A stretch of 44,631 nt of DNA, taken from positions 1-44,631 of the forward strand of contig JALTPW010000949.1 of assembly GCA_026999335.1 (NCBI GenBank). Reading direction: 5' to 3'. This document shows, piece after piece, positions 1 to 7,109 of this stretch; positions within the stretch are counted from its first letter, which is position 1; the number at the start of each line of letters is the position of its first letter. The notes below the pieces were generated by a model that worked only from the letters and a program-made list of their open reading frames with translations, was not told the origin of the DNA and did not search any database. The position numbers were made by a program, and so were the translations under genes. Source of the DNA: Chromatiales bacterium (GTDB lineage: Bacteria; Pseudomonadota; Gammaproteobacteria; SZUA-152).

Positions 1-164
1 CTCGACGGACTGTAACAGCCAGTCCTGGCCGCCTTATACCGTGGCCATGTAACTGGCAATCAGGATTTTGATCGGTACTACGGCCAGCAGACTGACCAGA
101 TAAGGGGACTTACCACTGATCTACCAGATCATGGTAACCACTGATAAAGAGAGGATTAGACTGA

Positions 165-953
165 TCATAGTTGTTCGATATAGTTTTGTGTTTCTGCCCT
201 TACACGGTCCCAATACGTTTTATCCACGTAAAAAAAGTTTGCGTTGTTGTTCATGTGCCGTGTCCAGATCGGATTTATTGTAACCACAAATCGTTGCCGT
301 GTTGGATGGTGCATTGTTTCTTGTTTTTGGATAAAGACATCATCAAACCCTGCCTTGGCAAGCCAACTGGCAACGCATGATTCAGTAGGCCAATTATGAT
401 CAGTGATCGTTAACGCGCCTGTATAATGTCCACAGTCCAACGACAACGGGATCAAACGCTTACCAGGCAAAACCTGTGTTTCCAAGAACATGATCCCGTG
501 GCATACTTTGTGACAAGCTACTAATGACTGTATTGGATTTTGCAGATGGTAAAGCAAACCAAAATTAAAGATCACGTCCCACATCCTGCCGGTATTTGGC
601 AGTTCATAAACCGACATTTCCATAAACTCAACATTACTATCTAAGTTTGCGTGGTGAAACTTAAACACTTCGCATTTATCCTGTTGCTCAAGTTCCTTGA
701 TCTGATCAGGCGCACCACGTGGTCCCCAGTCATACTTGTCATAAGTACACACGTCAATCGCCGTTACTTGATCCGCACCGCCATACTGCTCTGACCAAAA
801 AGCAAAAAAACCGTCATTGGTAGCAATATCAAGGACACTAAAACCTTTTAGATCATTATTTCCAAGATCAAAAAAATTTAAGTTTACTGAATGATCCAGC
901 TTTCCGTCCCATACAGTGCCGTCAGGGTAAGTAATTTTATGGTGAAAATACAT
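165..953 (-). CDS. class I SAM-dependent methyltransferase (substrate unknown)
   Basis: 262-aa ORF; Rossmann motif I-like VLDIATNDGFFAF, acidic post-I AIDV, FNFGLLYHLQNP; GAGGG about 7 nt upstream of ATG; lies in the low-GC left module. Confidence 0.7.
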   Translation of the reverse strand: MYFHHKITYPDGTVWDGKLDHSVNLNFFDLGNNDLKGFSVLDIATNDGFFAFWSEQYGGADQVTAIDVCTYDKYDWGPRGAPDQIKELEQQDKCEVFKFHHANLDSNVEFMEMSVYELPNTGRMWDVIFNFGLLYHLQNPIQSLVACHKVCHGIMFLETQVLPGKRLIPLSLDCGHYTGALTITDHNWPTESCVASWLAKAGFDDVFIQKQETMHHPTRQRFVVTINPIWTRHMNNNANFFYVDKTYWDRVRAETQNYIEQL

Positions 954-1058
954 TTGCAGGCCCTCAATAGATCGTAAGCGTTAGTAAAATGTTAAGTGCG
1001 TTGATTATAAAAAGTGCCCATAAAATACGTTTACCATATCTATCATTATCATGGAATT

Positions 1059-1247
1059 TCATTTTTGTGTACTGACTTTTTGTATGATTTTGTCAAAAGG
1101 GATTGAATAAACAAACCCACCGCACCTGATACTTGCGTGTTTTTTGTTCATGCGCACGATCTCGCCAATTGTTTCTACTGGCTTAGATGCACCTGCCACG
1201 AACTTAAATCGTACCAAGTCACCTACAGAAAAACGGTTTTCACTCAT
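1059..1247 (-). CDS. hypothetical protein (62 aa)
   Basis: ORF track; same strand as neighbours; no recognisable motif. Confidence 0.45.
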   Translation of the reverse strand: MSENRFSVGDLVRFKFVAGASKPVETIGEIVRMNKKHASIRCGGFVYSIPFDKIIQKVSTQK

Positions 1248-1285
1248 CTATATAACCCTGTTATTAGTATTGCTAAAATAAAATT

Positions 1286-1309
1286 TAGGGAGGGTTTTAC
1301 CCCTCCCTA
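1286..1309 (-). terminator. perfect 9-bp stem / 6-nt loop hairpin with T-rich tail on the minus strand
   Basis: TAGGGAGGG-ttttac-CCCTCCCTA; on the minus strand followed by aaattttatttt; lies between two minus-strand ORFs. Confidence 0.5.
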
Positions 1310-1319
1310 TATAGCGGCC

Positions 1320-1517
1320 TTACTTCTGGACGATATACTCAGGGTGATCGGCCAATTCACACTGAGACACCTCGAAGGCATAGCTTTCACCCGGACGGCT
1401 CACCGTTACGTAAGGTGCCTTCTCGCAGGCGGGGAAGTCCTGCCCGATAGTGCTGCCAACGTATTGATTGCCGCCCATGAAAGCAACGGCGAAGATTGCA
1501 CCAGTGATCATCTCCAT
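1320..1517 (-). CDS. hypothetical small protein with hydrophobic N-terminus (65 aa)
   Basis: ORF 1320..1568 trimmed to internal ATG preceded by AAGGAGA; N-terminus MEMITGAIFAVAFMGG. Confidence 0.45.
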   Translation of the reverse strand: MEMITGAIFAVAFMGGNQYVGSTIGQDFPACEKAPYVTVSRPGESYAFEVSQCELADHPEYIVQK

Positions 1518-1596
1518 CTTATTTCTCCTTGCAGGGATCTCCTGCGGTTGTGTGTTGCGGGATTGCAACGCTTAAAAATATGCTCGTAGCCTATAC

Positions 1597-1809
1597 CTAA
1601 GGAGGGTTATATTTTCCACTATCATCTATGTGTTCATGTGGGATCTGTGCAATCGCGCGTTTATGCGCTTCTCCTGTCGCGATTGCTGTAGCCCTAAGCG
1701 CCTTTTTCACGGATTCAGAAATATCGTACCTTTCATTTATGGCTGCTATCGCCGATTCAGTTTCAAGATCAATCTTAGCGATAGCTTTAGCTTTTCCGTG
1801 TGTACTCAT
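1597..1809 (-). CDS. hypothetical protein (70 aa)
   Basis: ORF track; alanine/lysine-rich helical-looking sequence; same strand as neighbours. Confidence 0.5.
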   Translation of the reverse strand: MSTHGKAKAIAKIDLETESAIAAINERYDISESVKKALRATAIATGEAHKRAIAQIPHEHIDDSGKYNPP

Positions 1810-1812
1810 TTT

Positions 1813-1923
1813 TTATTCCAGCGGTTCAATGCGCTCTCCTATGTCATCCAGCCTGTAAAGCGCGTCAAGAACGCAGTATTTGCAGAAATCACCAGCGTTC
1901 CGTGTTGAGTCTATACCTACCAT
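1813..1923 (-). CDS. hypothetical small protein (36 aa, below ORF-track cutoff)
   Basis: ATG preceded by GAGG; MVGIDSTRNAGDFCKYCVLDALYRLDDIGERIEPLE; stop 3 nt before next start. Confidence 0.3.
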   Translation of the reverse strand: MVGIDSTRNAGDFCKYCVLDALYRLDDIGERIEPLE

Positions 1924-2048
1924 GACCTCTATTACTAATATACCTCTTTCTCCTTCTAAGGATGACCTTAATCTTCCTATATGCGAAGAATCCTTTATTT
2001 CATTCGTTTCGAGAATTTATTCACCGCAGCAGTCACAATAACGTTTGA

Positions 2049-2432
2049 TCATTTTTTCACCTCAATCACCTTCAAATAAATGTCATACATCGACAGGTAG
2101 TGGTCCAGCATCTCCCGATACTTCCCATCCCCCGGCCCCATGATCAACGCACAAGCCGGGTGCTTGCCAGTCATCAGGGCATACTATCGGGCCTGGCTAA
2201 TGCACTCCTTCCATTTCGGCGCAAAATCGAACTCCACCGCGAACCGGGCGGTAACACAATCTACTCTTCCCCCGCGCACACGTACCTCCATCTTGCCTCC
2301 CTGCGCGTTGCACCACTGAGTTTGATAGTGGCGTTCGTTGGCGGCCTGTACTGGCGTTATGTAGGACACTGCAATCAGCGATAGCGCAAAGGCAGTGCCG
2401 AGGATGGATAGCGCGATTTCTTTCACAGTCAT
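2049..2432 (-). pseudogene. nonsense-interrupted, diverged copy of the exported 127-aa protein gene at 39241..39624
   Basis: same frame, start and stop position as copy 2, but TAG at 2184-2186 where copy 2 has TGG; frame stays open and homologous after the stop. Confidence 0.7.
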
Positions 2433-2629
2433 CTCCTTACAAACATAAAATGTGTTCTCGGGCTGAACATCGCTCCTAGCGATCCTTTCGTTACGTCTTT
2501 GGCAAGTCCTTTTTTGCATAGCGCTCGTAATGTTGATAGCGATTCGCCCAGGTCATAAGCGCATTTTGGAACGCTACTGAGTTTGCCAAGCGCTCTGCGT
2601 TGCGCTTTTGTCAATGCGATCTCTTTCAT
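2429..2629 (-). CDS. hypothetical protein (66 aa), possibly winged-helix-like
   Basis: ORF track; stop overlaps next start (ATGA) with AAGGAG embedded in its 3' end. Confidence 0.6.
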   Translation of the reverse strand: MKEIALTKAQRRALGKLSSVPKCAYDLGESLSTLRALCKKGLAKDVTKGSLGAMFSPRTHFMFVRR

Positions 2630-2680
2630 GATTGCTTCTCGGTGCAGAGAGAAACTAAGCTATGTATCAACCTTTCAAGT

Positions 2681-2896
2681 TTAGTCATTATCATTCCCGT
2701 CAAACGTTGAGATCAGCATGGCCGCGTTGCGTATCCGCTCGTTATTCATGATTCGCGCATCCCGTCTGCCCGTGTTATATTCACTTTGCCGGAACCATGC
2801 GACGCTGTGCGGCGCATAACATCGCCAGTTCGATCCATCGCCGCCGAACTCATGCGCGGCCTTGACGGCCTCAACGATTGATCCCTTTTCAGTCAT
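2681..2896 (-). CDS. hypothetical acidic protein (71 aa)
   Basis: ORF 2681..2941 trimmed to MTEKGS start preceded by GGAGGCACC; overlaps upstream gene end by 8 nt. Confidence 0.55.
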   Translation of the reverse strand: MTEKGSIVEAVKAAHEFGGDGSNWRCYAPHSVAWFRQSEYNTGRRDARIMNNERIRNAAMLISTFDGNDND

Positions 2897-3053
2897 TTTT
2901 TGGTGCCTCCAATTTGTTGTATCTGGCCACGGCCTCCTCAATTAACTGAGAGGCAGGCCGGTCCTGTTCACGAAGCCACCGCACAATCCACGGGGCCAGC
3001 TTGTATGACACGGCGATCTTCCGCTCGCCGGGCGGGAGCTTGGGGCGAGGCAT
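2889..3053 (-). CDS. ribbon-helix-helix (CopG/Arc-like) DNA-binding protein (54 aa)
   Basis: ORF trimmed to MPRPKLPPGERKIAVSYKLAPWIVRWLREQDRPASQLIEEAV: beta-strand then two helices, typical RHH layout. Confidence 0.55.
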   Translation of the reverse strand: MPRPKLPPGERKIAVSYKLAPWIVRWLREQDRPASQLIEEAVARYNKLEAPKND

Positions 3054-3055
3054 GG

Positions 3056-3352
3056 TTACACCTCGCCATTCAGCACTTGCCACAGCGCCCACGCCTCGGG
3101 GCTGATGAATTTGGAGTATTCCAGATACCCCTTTGCCCGGCGAGCCGTGCAGGCTTCGCACTTGTGGCGCTCCGGCAACAGGTCGTAGAAGGTGGCCTTC
3201 ACGCGGTCGGCCTTCTTGCGGCGGTCGAAAGAAAACGGCTCCCGTGCGTAGCCTCGGCCTTTCAGCGGATTGGCCGGCAGGGGCGGCAGGTTGGTGATGC
3301 CGCCGTTGGCCTTGATCAGTTCAACGGCGACGGCTGCTTGTGTGGTGCTCAT
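3056..3352 (-). CDS. hypothetical protein (98 aa)
   Basis: ORF trimmed to MSTTQ start, which forms an ATGA overlap with the upstream stop. Confidence 0.6.
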   Translation of the reverse strand: MSTTQAAVAVELIKANGGITNLPPLPANPLKGRGYAREPFSFDRRKKADRVKATFYDLLPERHKCEACTARRAKGYLEYSKFISPEAWALWQVLNGEV

Positions 3353-3729
3353 AAGATGTCCTCCCAATTAGTCTTGACGAACCCCAGGTGGCGGAACACC
3401 GCCGTTTTGCGGACGTTGCCGTCCTCGTCCGTCACCTCAACGGACTCGCGGCGGCTGAACGCATAGACGGGCGTGACGTCCATGTGCCGGAGCACACGCT
3501 CCAGCTCGGGTATGAAGAAGGGTGCGCCGCCGATCATGGCGGCATCGGCCCCGGCGTCGCGGGCCATGCGGGCAACGGCGTGCGCCGTGGCGTTGAGATC
3601 GTCCGGCGTGGGGATCTCATCGAAAGTAAGCCAACGGGACAGCTCCCCCCGCTGTTCGTCGGGCAGGTCAACCACGCCCGCCTCGACTTGTTCAGGCGTG
3701 GCCTGGTGTTGGGTAAGGTTGATGATCAT
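3349..3729 (-). CDS. hypothetical protein (126 aa), Rossmann-like look
   Basis: ORF trimmed to MIINLTQHQATPEQ start (ATGA overlap with upstream stop); no secure family assignment. Confidence 0.6.
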   Translation of the reverse strand: MIINLTQHQATPEQVEAGVVDLPDEQRGELSRWLTFDEIPTPDDLNATAHAVARMARDAGADAAMIGGAPFFIPELERVLRHMDVTPVYAFSRRESVEVTDEDGNVRKTAVFRHLGFVKTNWEDIL

Positions 3730-4580
3730 TTCTGATCCTCCATTTTCAGTTTGCATGAATCCACATTTAGCCGGGGGCCGTCGTCAAGCTCTACCGGCAC
3801 GATCCCGTCAGTGCGGGTATAGACGACCGCACCGGCTTTGCCCTTGTATGGGCCGTCGAGGACGATCACACGGTCACCCTCCTTTGCTTCGAGGCCAGCA
3901 CGCGGCGACCAGTCCATGATGTGGTATTTGTTCATGTCGCCATAGTAGATGGCGTCGTCGCCAATCCGGCACAGCCACGCGTCGCCGCTCTCCGTCCAAA
4001 GGACGCCGTCCCAGCTAGCCGTCTTGTCGGCCGCCATAATGGGCTCTTGCCCGTCGGCGCAGATGAAGCCGAGCGAGCGGAAGGTGGAGCAGCCACCGGA
4101 ATAGCTGCCGTCAATCGAGGACGTGTGGCCCTCGTTGTGGCCGGCGATGCCGACCTGTACGACCGGCATACCCCGGCGGTCATACCACTTGGTTTCCCGC
4201 ACTTTTAGCGCGGGATTGTGCGGGTCTTTCCCGACCCGCACGGCCACCGCCCGGATGGCCGGGTCGATCTCCGGCTCCGGCTCCGGCTCCGGCTCGGGTT
4301 TGGCCTGGGCGGGCTCCGGTGCTTCGCCCAGCTCGGCGGCCAGTTCATCGACCGCCGCCGAGAAGGCCTGGTACTTGGCCTCAGCCGCGCCAGTACCGTC
4401 GCACAGGCGGTCCTCGGCGGCCTTATCTTCCAGCCGTGCCAGTACCTTACGGGCGCGGGCCAGCAGCGCAGGAGCCTCAATGGCCGCCCGCGTGACGATC
4501 CCCATGGACCGCGCACCGCGAACACTCGCGGCGGCGGCCCTGACGGCTTTGGCGCTTATTTGTGCTGCCGTCTTTTTCAT
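3726..4580 (-). CDS. hypothetical protein with PEPEPEPEPE linker and C-terminal KOW-like motif (284 aa; alternative start 4607)
   Basis: ORF 3726..4607; second ATG at 4580 has GAGGAA upstream; GDRVIVLDGPYKGKAGAVV resembles a KOW motif. Confidence 0.65.
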   Translation of the reverse strand: MKKTAAQISAKAVRAAAASVRGARSMGIVTRAAIEAPALLARARKVLARLEDKAAEDRLCDGTGAAEAKYQAFSAAVDELAAELGEAPEPAQAKPEPEPEPEPEIDPAIRAVAVRVGKDPHNPALKVRETKWYDRRGMPVVQVGIAGHNEGHTSSIDGSYSGGCSTFRSLGFICADGQEPIMAADKTASWDGVLWTESGDAWLCRIGDDAIYYGDMNKYHIMDWSPRAGLEAKEGDRVIVLDGPYKGKAGAVVYTRTDGIVPVELDDGPRLNVDSCKLKMEDQK

Positions 4581-4613
4581 GCCTTGTTCCTCTTGTTTGA
4601 TTGCCATGCTAAA

Positions 4614-4641
4614 AGTATATACCCTTATCTATAATTGTCAA
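4614..4641 (-). promoter_or_regulatory. near-consensus sigma70-type promoter reading leftward into the GC-rich cassette
   Basis: minus strand TTGACA (4641-4636), 16-nt spacer, TATACT (4619-4614); inside a 74-bp AT-rich gap. Confidence 0.55.
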
Positions 4642-4681
4642 TACTTTTTTGCAAATTATTAACCGCTATTTTTGTGTTGTT

Positions 4682-4879
4682 TTATTTCTTAGTGTTTTGT
4701 GTGGTTTTAGAGGCAACCGGCCACCAGCCGTCGCAGTTGTTGGGGTCCGTAGCCGGGCCGCGCTTGATGAAGAAGGACCAGGCTTGCATCGGGTCAGGGC
4801 GCGTGCCGCTGTCCAGGTGCCTGCGGCAACGCTTGCGATGCGGGCAGGTATCGAGGGCGCACATGTCATAGTCAGGCAT
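4682..4879 (-). CDS. hypothetical Cys/His-containing small protein (65 aa)
   Basis: ORF 4682..4888 trimmed to MPDYDMC start with GAGAGG 9 nt upstream. Confidence 0.5.
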   Translation of the reverse strand: MPDYDMCALDTCPHRKRCRRHLDSGTRPDPMQAWSFFIKRGPATDPNNCDGWWPVASKTTQNTKK

Positions 4880-5066
4880 GGCTATCATCCTCTCTGACGC
4901 TGCTCCACCACCACCATACGCCGCAGTAGTGGCAGAACAGTCGGGCGGTCGATCCCATCCGGGTATGCCCGCACCTTGGACACTTGTCGTACTCCCACAT
5001 CGTCGTAGCGTTGCCGGGAAGGTCTGCCGTTTTGCCGTCGGGTTTTAGCTTATGGTTGCTCGACAT
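4872..5066 (-). CDS. zinc-ribbon-like small protein (64 aa)
   Basis: CPRCG ... CHYCG pair of CxxC motifs; start uncertain (22-nt overlap with upstream gene). Confidence 0.5.
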   Translation of the reverse strand: MSSNHKLKPDGKTADLPGNATTMWEYDKCPRCGHTRMGSTARLFCHYCGVWWWWSSVREDDSHA

Positions 5067-5278
5067 TCAAACGCATCCAGTATATCTGGCAGATAGGTCC
5101 ACTTGTCTGGCAAGTCATCGTAAGCAAGTGGACAATCGTCTATGTCTGTCCAGACGCCTTCTGGCCAGTATAAAAGCACTTCGGGTATGCGCATTTCCCA
5201 CACGCACAGCACCGCGATGCAACTCTGTATCTCCGGCACGTGCGGCGGTTCAGTAATTGGTTTCCAGTCGGCTTTCAT
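5045..5278 (-). CDS. hypothetical protein, DUF551-like (from memory)
   Basis: 77 aa; N-terminal W-x-P-I-x-E-x-P pattern common in small phage early proteins. Confidence 0.5.
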   Translation of the reverse strand: MKADWKPITEPPHVPEIQSCIAVLCVWEMRIPEVLLYWPEGVWTDIDDCPLAYDDLPDKWTYLPDILDAFECRATIS

Positions 5279-5501
5279 CCCTACCTACCTCCCTTAATGA
5301 ATTTTCCCAACCAACGGACCTTGTAATAAAGTAGTGCTTCCCCCCTATGGCCATCCACATAGAAAAGTATTCATTTTTCTTAGGTTTTTTCTCGAATCCC
5401 CGCCATTCTCCGTCTGCGTCTAAAGCTATCCAGTTAACCCAATCGGGTGCTTCGTACTCTTTTCCGTCTATTGTTACTTTCTTTATTTCTTTTTTGCTCA
5501 T
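5250..5501 (-). CDS. hypothetical protein (83 aa)
   Basis: ORF 5250..5579 trimmed to MSKKEIKK start just after the upstream TAG. Confidence 0.55.
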   Translation of the reverse strand: MSKKEIKKVTIDGKEYEAPDWVNWIALDADGEWRGFEKKPKKNEYFSMWMAIGGKHYFITRSVGWENSLREVGRDESRLETNY

Positions 5502-5503
5502 AC

Positions 5504-5815
5504 CTAGTCCTTCATAGTTACGGCAGGAATAGCCGCCCATCCACTTCCTACCTCCGTCGTGACATAAGCGACGCTGCACCAGTCGCCTACTCTTAGGCGC
5601 GGATCAAACTGCAACATAGTCACGCTACCTAAATCGCTCCCTGAGCTTAGTTCAGGCGCATCGCAGGGTGGGACGGCAACGACCAGATTTCTTGCTGCTG
5701 GCTTTGCGACTACATAGGCGCGTGGGATCACATGGCGAATTTTCTTTACCGTGTATCCCTGTTCTTCATACCACTCACGGATAGCGCGGCGGGTTGCTCG
5801 TTCAAGTTTGGTCAT
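5504..5815 (-). CDS. hypothetical protein (103 aa), full-length MTKLERATR paralog
   Basis: ORF track; start overlaps upstream stop (TAATG). Confidence 0.6.
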   Translation of the reverse strand: MTKLERATRRAIREWYEEQGYTVKKIRHVIPRAYVVAKPAARNLVVAVPPCDAPELSSGSDLGSVTMLQFDPRLRVGDWCSVAYVTTEVGSGWAAIPAVTMKD

Positions 5816-6018
5816 TATCCGTCGTCCTCATCCAGCCATCGCTCGTATGCAGATACCGCGTTTACGTGTGCTTTTTCAAACTTTTCTATGCCTCCGTTCA
5901 CCTCGCGAAACTCTCGCCATACTTGCGCTTTAACAAGGTCAGAACTCGCTTCGGCGATCCTCCTTAGCAGCGCTAGTTCAGTGCTATAGATCAGTTCCTG
6001 GTCATCGTTATCGGTCAT
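5815..6018 (-). CDS. hypothetical acidic protein (67 aa)
   Basis: ORF 5815..6114 trimmed to MTDNDDQ start, 1 nt after the stop of the 34-aa ORF. Confidence 0.5.
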   Translation of the reverse strand: MTDNDDQELIYSTELALLRRIAEASSDLVKAQVWREFREVNGGIEKFEKAHVNAVSAYERWLDEDDG

Positions 6019-6019
6019 G

Positions 6020-6124
6020 TTATTTCTCGCGCGGAATCGCATGGTGGATTTTATTCGCCGTGTACACCTGCTCTTCACGCCATTCCCGGATTGCTTTTCT
6101 TGTTGCTCGTTCAAGTTTGGTCAT
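6020..6124 (-). CDS. 34-aa truncated paralog of the 5504..5815 protein (possibly a remnant)
   Basis: MTKLERATRKAIREWREEQVYTANKIHHAIPREK versus MTKLERATRRAIREWYEEQGYTVKKIRHVIPRAY; 25-nt exact DNA repeat at both starts. Confidence 0.35.
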   Translation of the reverse strand: MTKLERATRKAIREWREEQVYTANKIHHAIPREK

Positions 6125-6311
6125 TACTCACACCTATTTGCTCCCAAACCCTGTTTGCTTCCAAATTTAGAAACCAGCGATAAAAGTTGTAGGCTAATAT
6201 ACGTTGTTTTGATGTACGCATAACCTCGTCACCGCTAGCAAACCACCAGATAGTGAAGAAGGCGCGCCAATGATCTTTATACACACAAGATTTTTTGTGC
6301 TTATTCCTCAT
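6111..6311 (-). CDS. hypothetical protein (66 aa), weak call
   Basis: ORF 6111..6365 trimmed to MRNKHK (ATGA-type overlap with upstream stop); odd W-rich composition, AT-rich DNA. Confidence 0.3.
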   Translation of the reverse strand: MRNKHKKSCVYKDHWRAFFTIWWFASGDEVMRTSKQRILAYNFYRWFLNLEANRVWEQIGVSNDQT

Positions 6312-6534
6312 CCCCTTTTCCTCGCTCGTCAGTGAAGTCTCCTGGCTTGCATTGCAGCTCATCACCTACTTCACGACACAGACATAGGTGTATTGTCTCT
6401 GTGCCATAAGGCTCACCAAAAGCTGGGCACCAATCTCCACACCGGTCACCGTCGCAATGAATACAGAATTGGGATTTCATTTTCCCGGCCCGTTCTAACC
6501 ATAGCCAGCCATCCTCATCGATCTTGATTTTCAT
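6301..6534 (-). CDS. Cys-rich small protein, paralog A (77 aa)
   Basis: MKIKIDEDGWLWLERAG ... CGDWCPAFGEP; ends DFTDERGKGDEE. Confidence 0.6.
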   Translation of the reverse strand: MKIKIDEDGWLWLERAGKMKSQFCIHCDGDRCGDWCPAFGEPYGTETIHLCLCREVGDELQCKPGDFTDERGKGDEE

Positions 6535-6829
6535 TTTCACCCTCCCCAGCTTCCATTTTCTTCTCACCACGAAAATCTACAAGATCTTCTTTTGGGATAT
6601 AGAATGCGGTATTATGGCATAATGTTAACTGCACGCGCGGTACCAGTGTAGAATCTGTGTCATTATCAATAATCTCCTCAGAGAAGAACACAGGCTCGCC
6701 AAAATGCGGACACCAGTCCCCGCATGAAGTCGTCATCCCTATCGCAAATGAGAATGGGCATGTCTGCTGGCGGTAAATACCGGCTCTCTCTATGTGAAGC
6801 CTGCCGTCTTCGTCAATTAGTACCTTCAT
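6515..6829 (-). CDS. Cys-rich small protein, paralog B (104 aa)
   Basis: ORF 6515..7072 trimmed to MKVLIDEDGRLHIERAG ... CGDWCPHFGEP. Confidence 0.6.
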   Translation of the reverse strand: MKVLIDEDGRLHIERAGIYRQQTCPFSFAIGMTTSCGDWCPHFGEPVFFSEEIIDNDTDSTLVPRVQLTLCHNTAFYIPKEDLVDFRGEKKMEAGEGENENQDR

Positions 6830-7109
6830 CTTCTTTTCCTCGCTCGTCGGTGAAGTCGTTATCTCTATCTGGGCCGACGCTGTACTTACCATCTTGTGAT
6901 AGCTTGAGGTCCGGTATCGAGCAAACGTCGCCGGCCATCGTGTGCCACAGTAGGTGCTGGCGAATCTCGAAGGCCATAACTGACGCTGTTCGCCAGTTTG
7001 GTTTTCCATTGATAAGCATTTCATCCTTTGCCCGTTCATCACACCAGGCTTCCAGTTTCTCGATGCGATCAAGCAGTTCGTTTGCTAGCTTGGGACTTAT
7101 CTCTTTCAT
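6813..7109 (-). CDS. hypothetical protein (98 aa)
   Basis: ORF track; ends DFTDERGKEDEGTN, the same tail as paralog A. Confidence 0.6.
   Translation of the reverse strand: MKEISPKLANELLDRIEKLEAWCDERAKDEMLINGKPNWRTASVMAFEIRQHLLWHTMAGDVCSIPDLKLSQDGKYSVGPDRDNDFTDERGKEDEGTN

Noticed and set aside
2184-2186. In-frame TAG in copy 1 as evidence of stop-codon reassignment or a suppressor system
   Set aside because: TAG is used as a genuine stop by other well-supported genes here (for example 30685..31035 and 5504..5815). The only tRNA is tRNA-Pro(UGG), not a suppressor. Copy 2 has TGG at the same site.
4268-4296. (CTCCGG)n microsatellite-like tract (and the analogous (GCAGAA)3 at 13965-13987)
   Set aside because: Both are in frame within convincing ORFs and encode PEPEPEPEPE and AEAEAEA inter-domain linkers. 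They are not independent non-coding repeats, though they could be slippage-prone.
3388-4662. Long plus-strand ORFs (3388..3735, 3473..3919, 3921..4208, 4123..4662, 4218..4634) and extra minus-strand frames (3932..4183, 4205..4525) inside the GC-rich cassette
   Set aside because: They lie antisense to or out of frame with a tightly coupled minus-strand gene chain. Their products are Arg/Ala/Ser/Gly-rich low-complexity strings, typical of spurious ORFs in high-GC DNA. They have no ribosome-binding sites or coupling.
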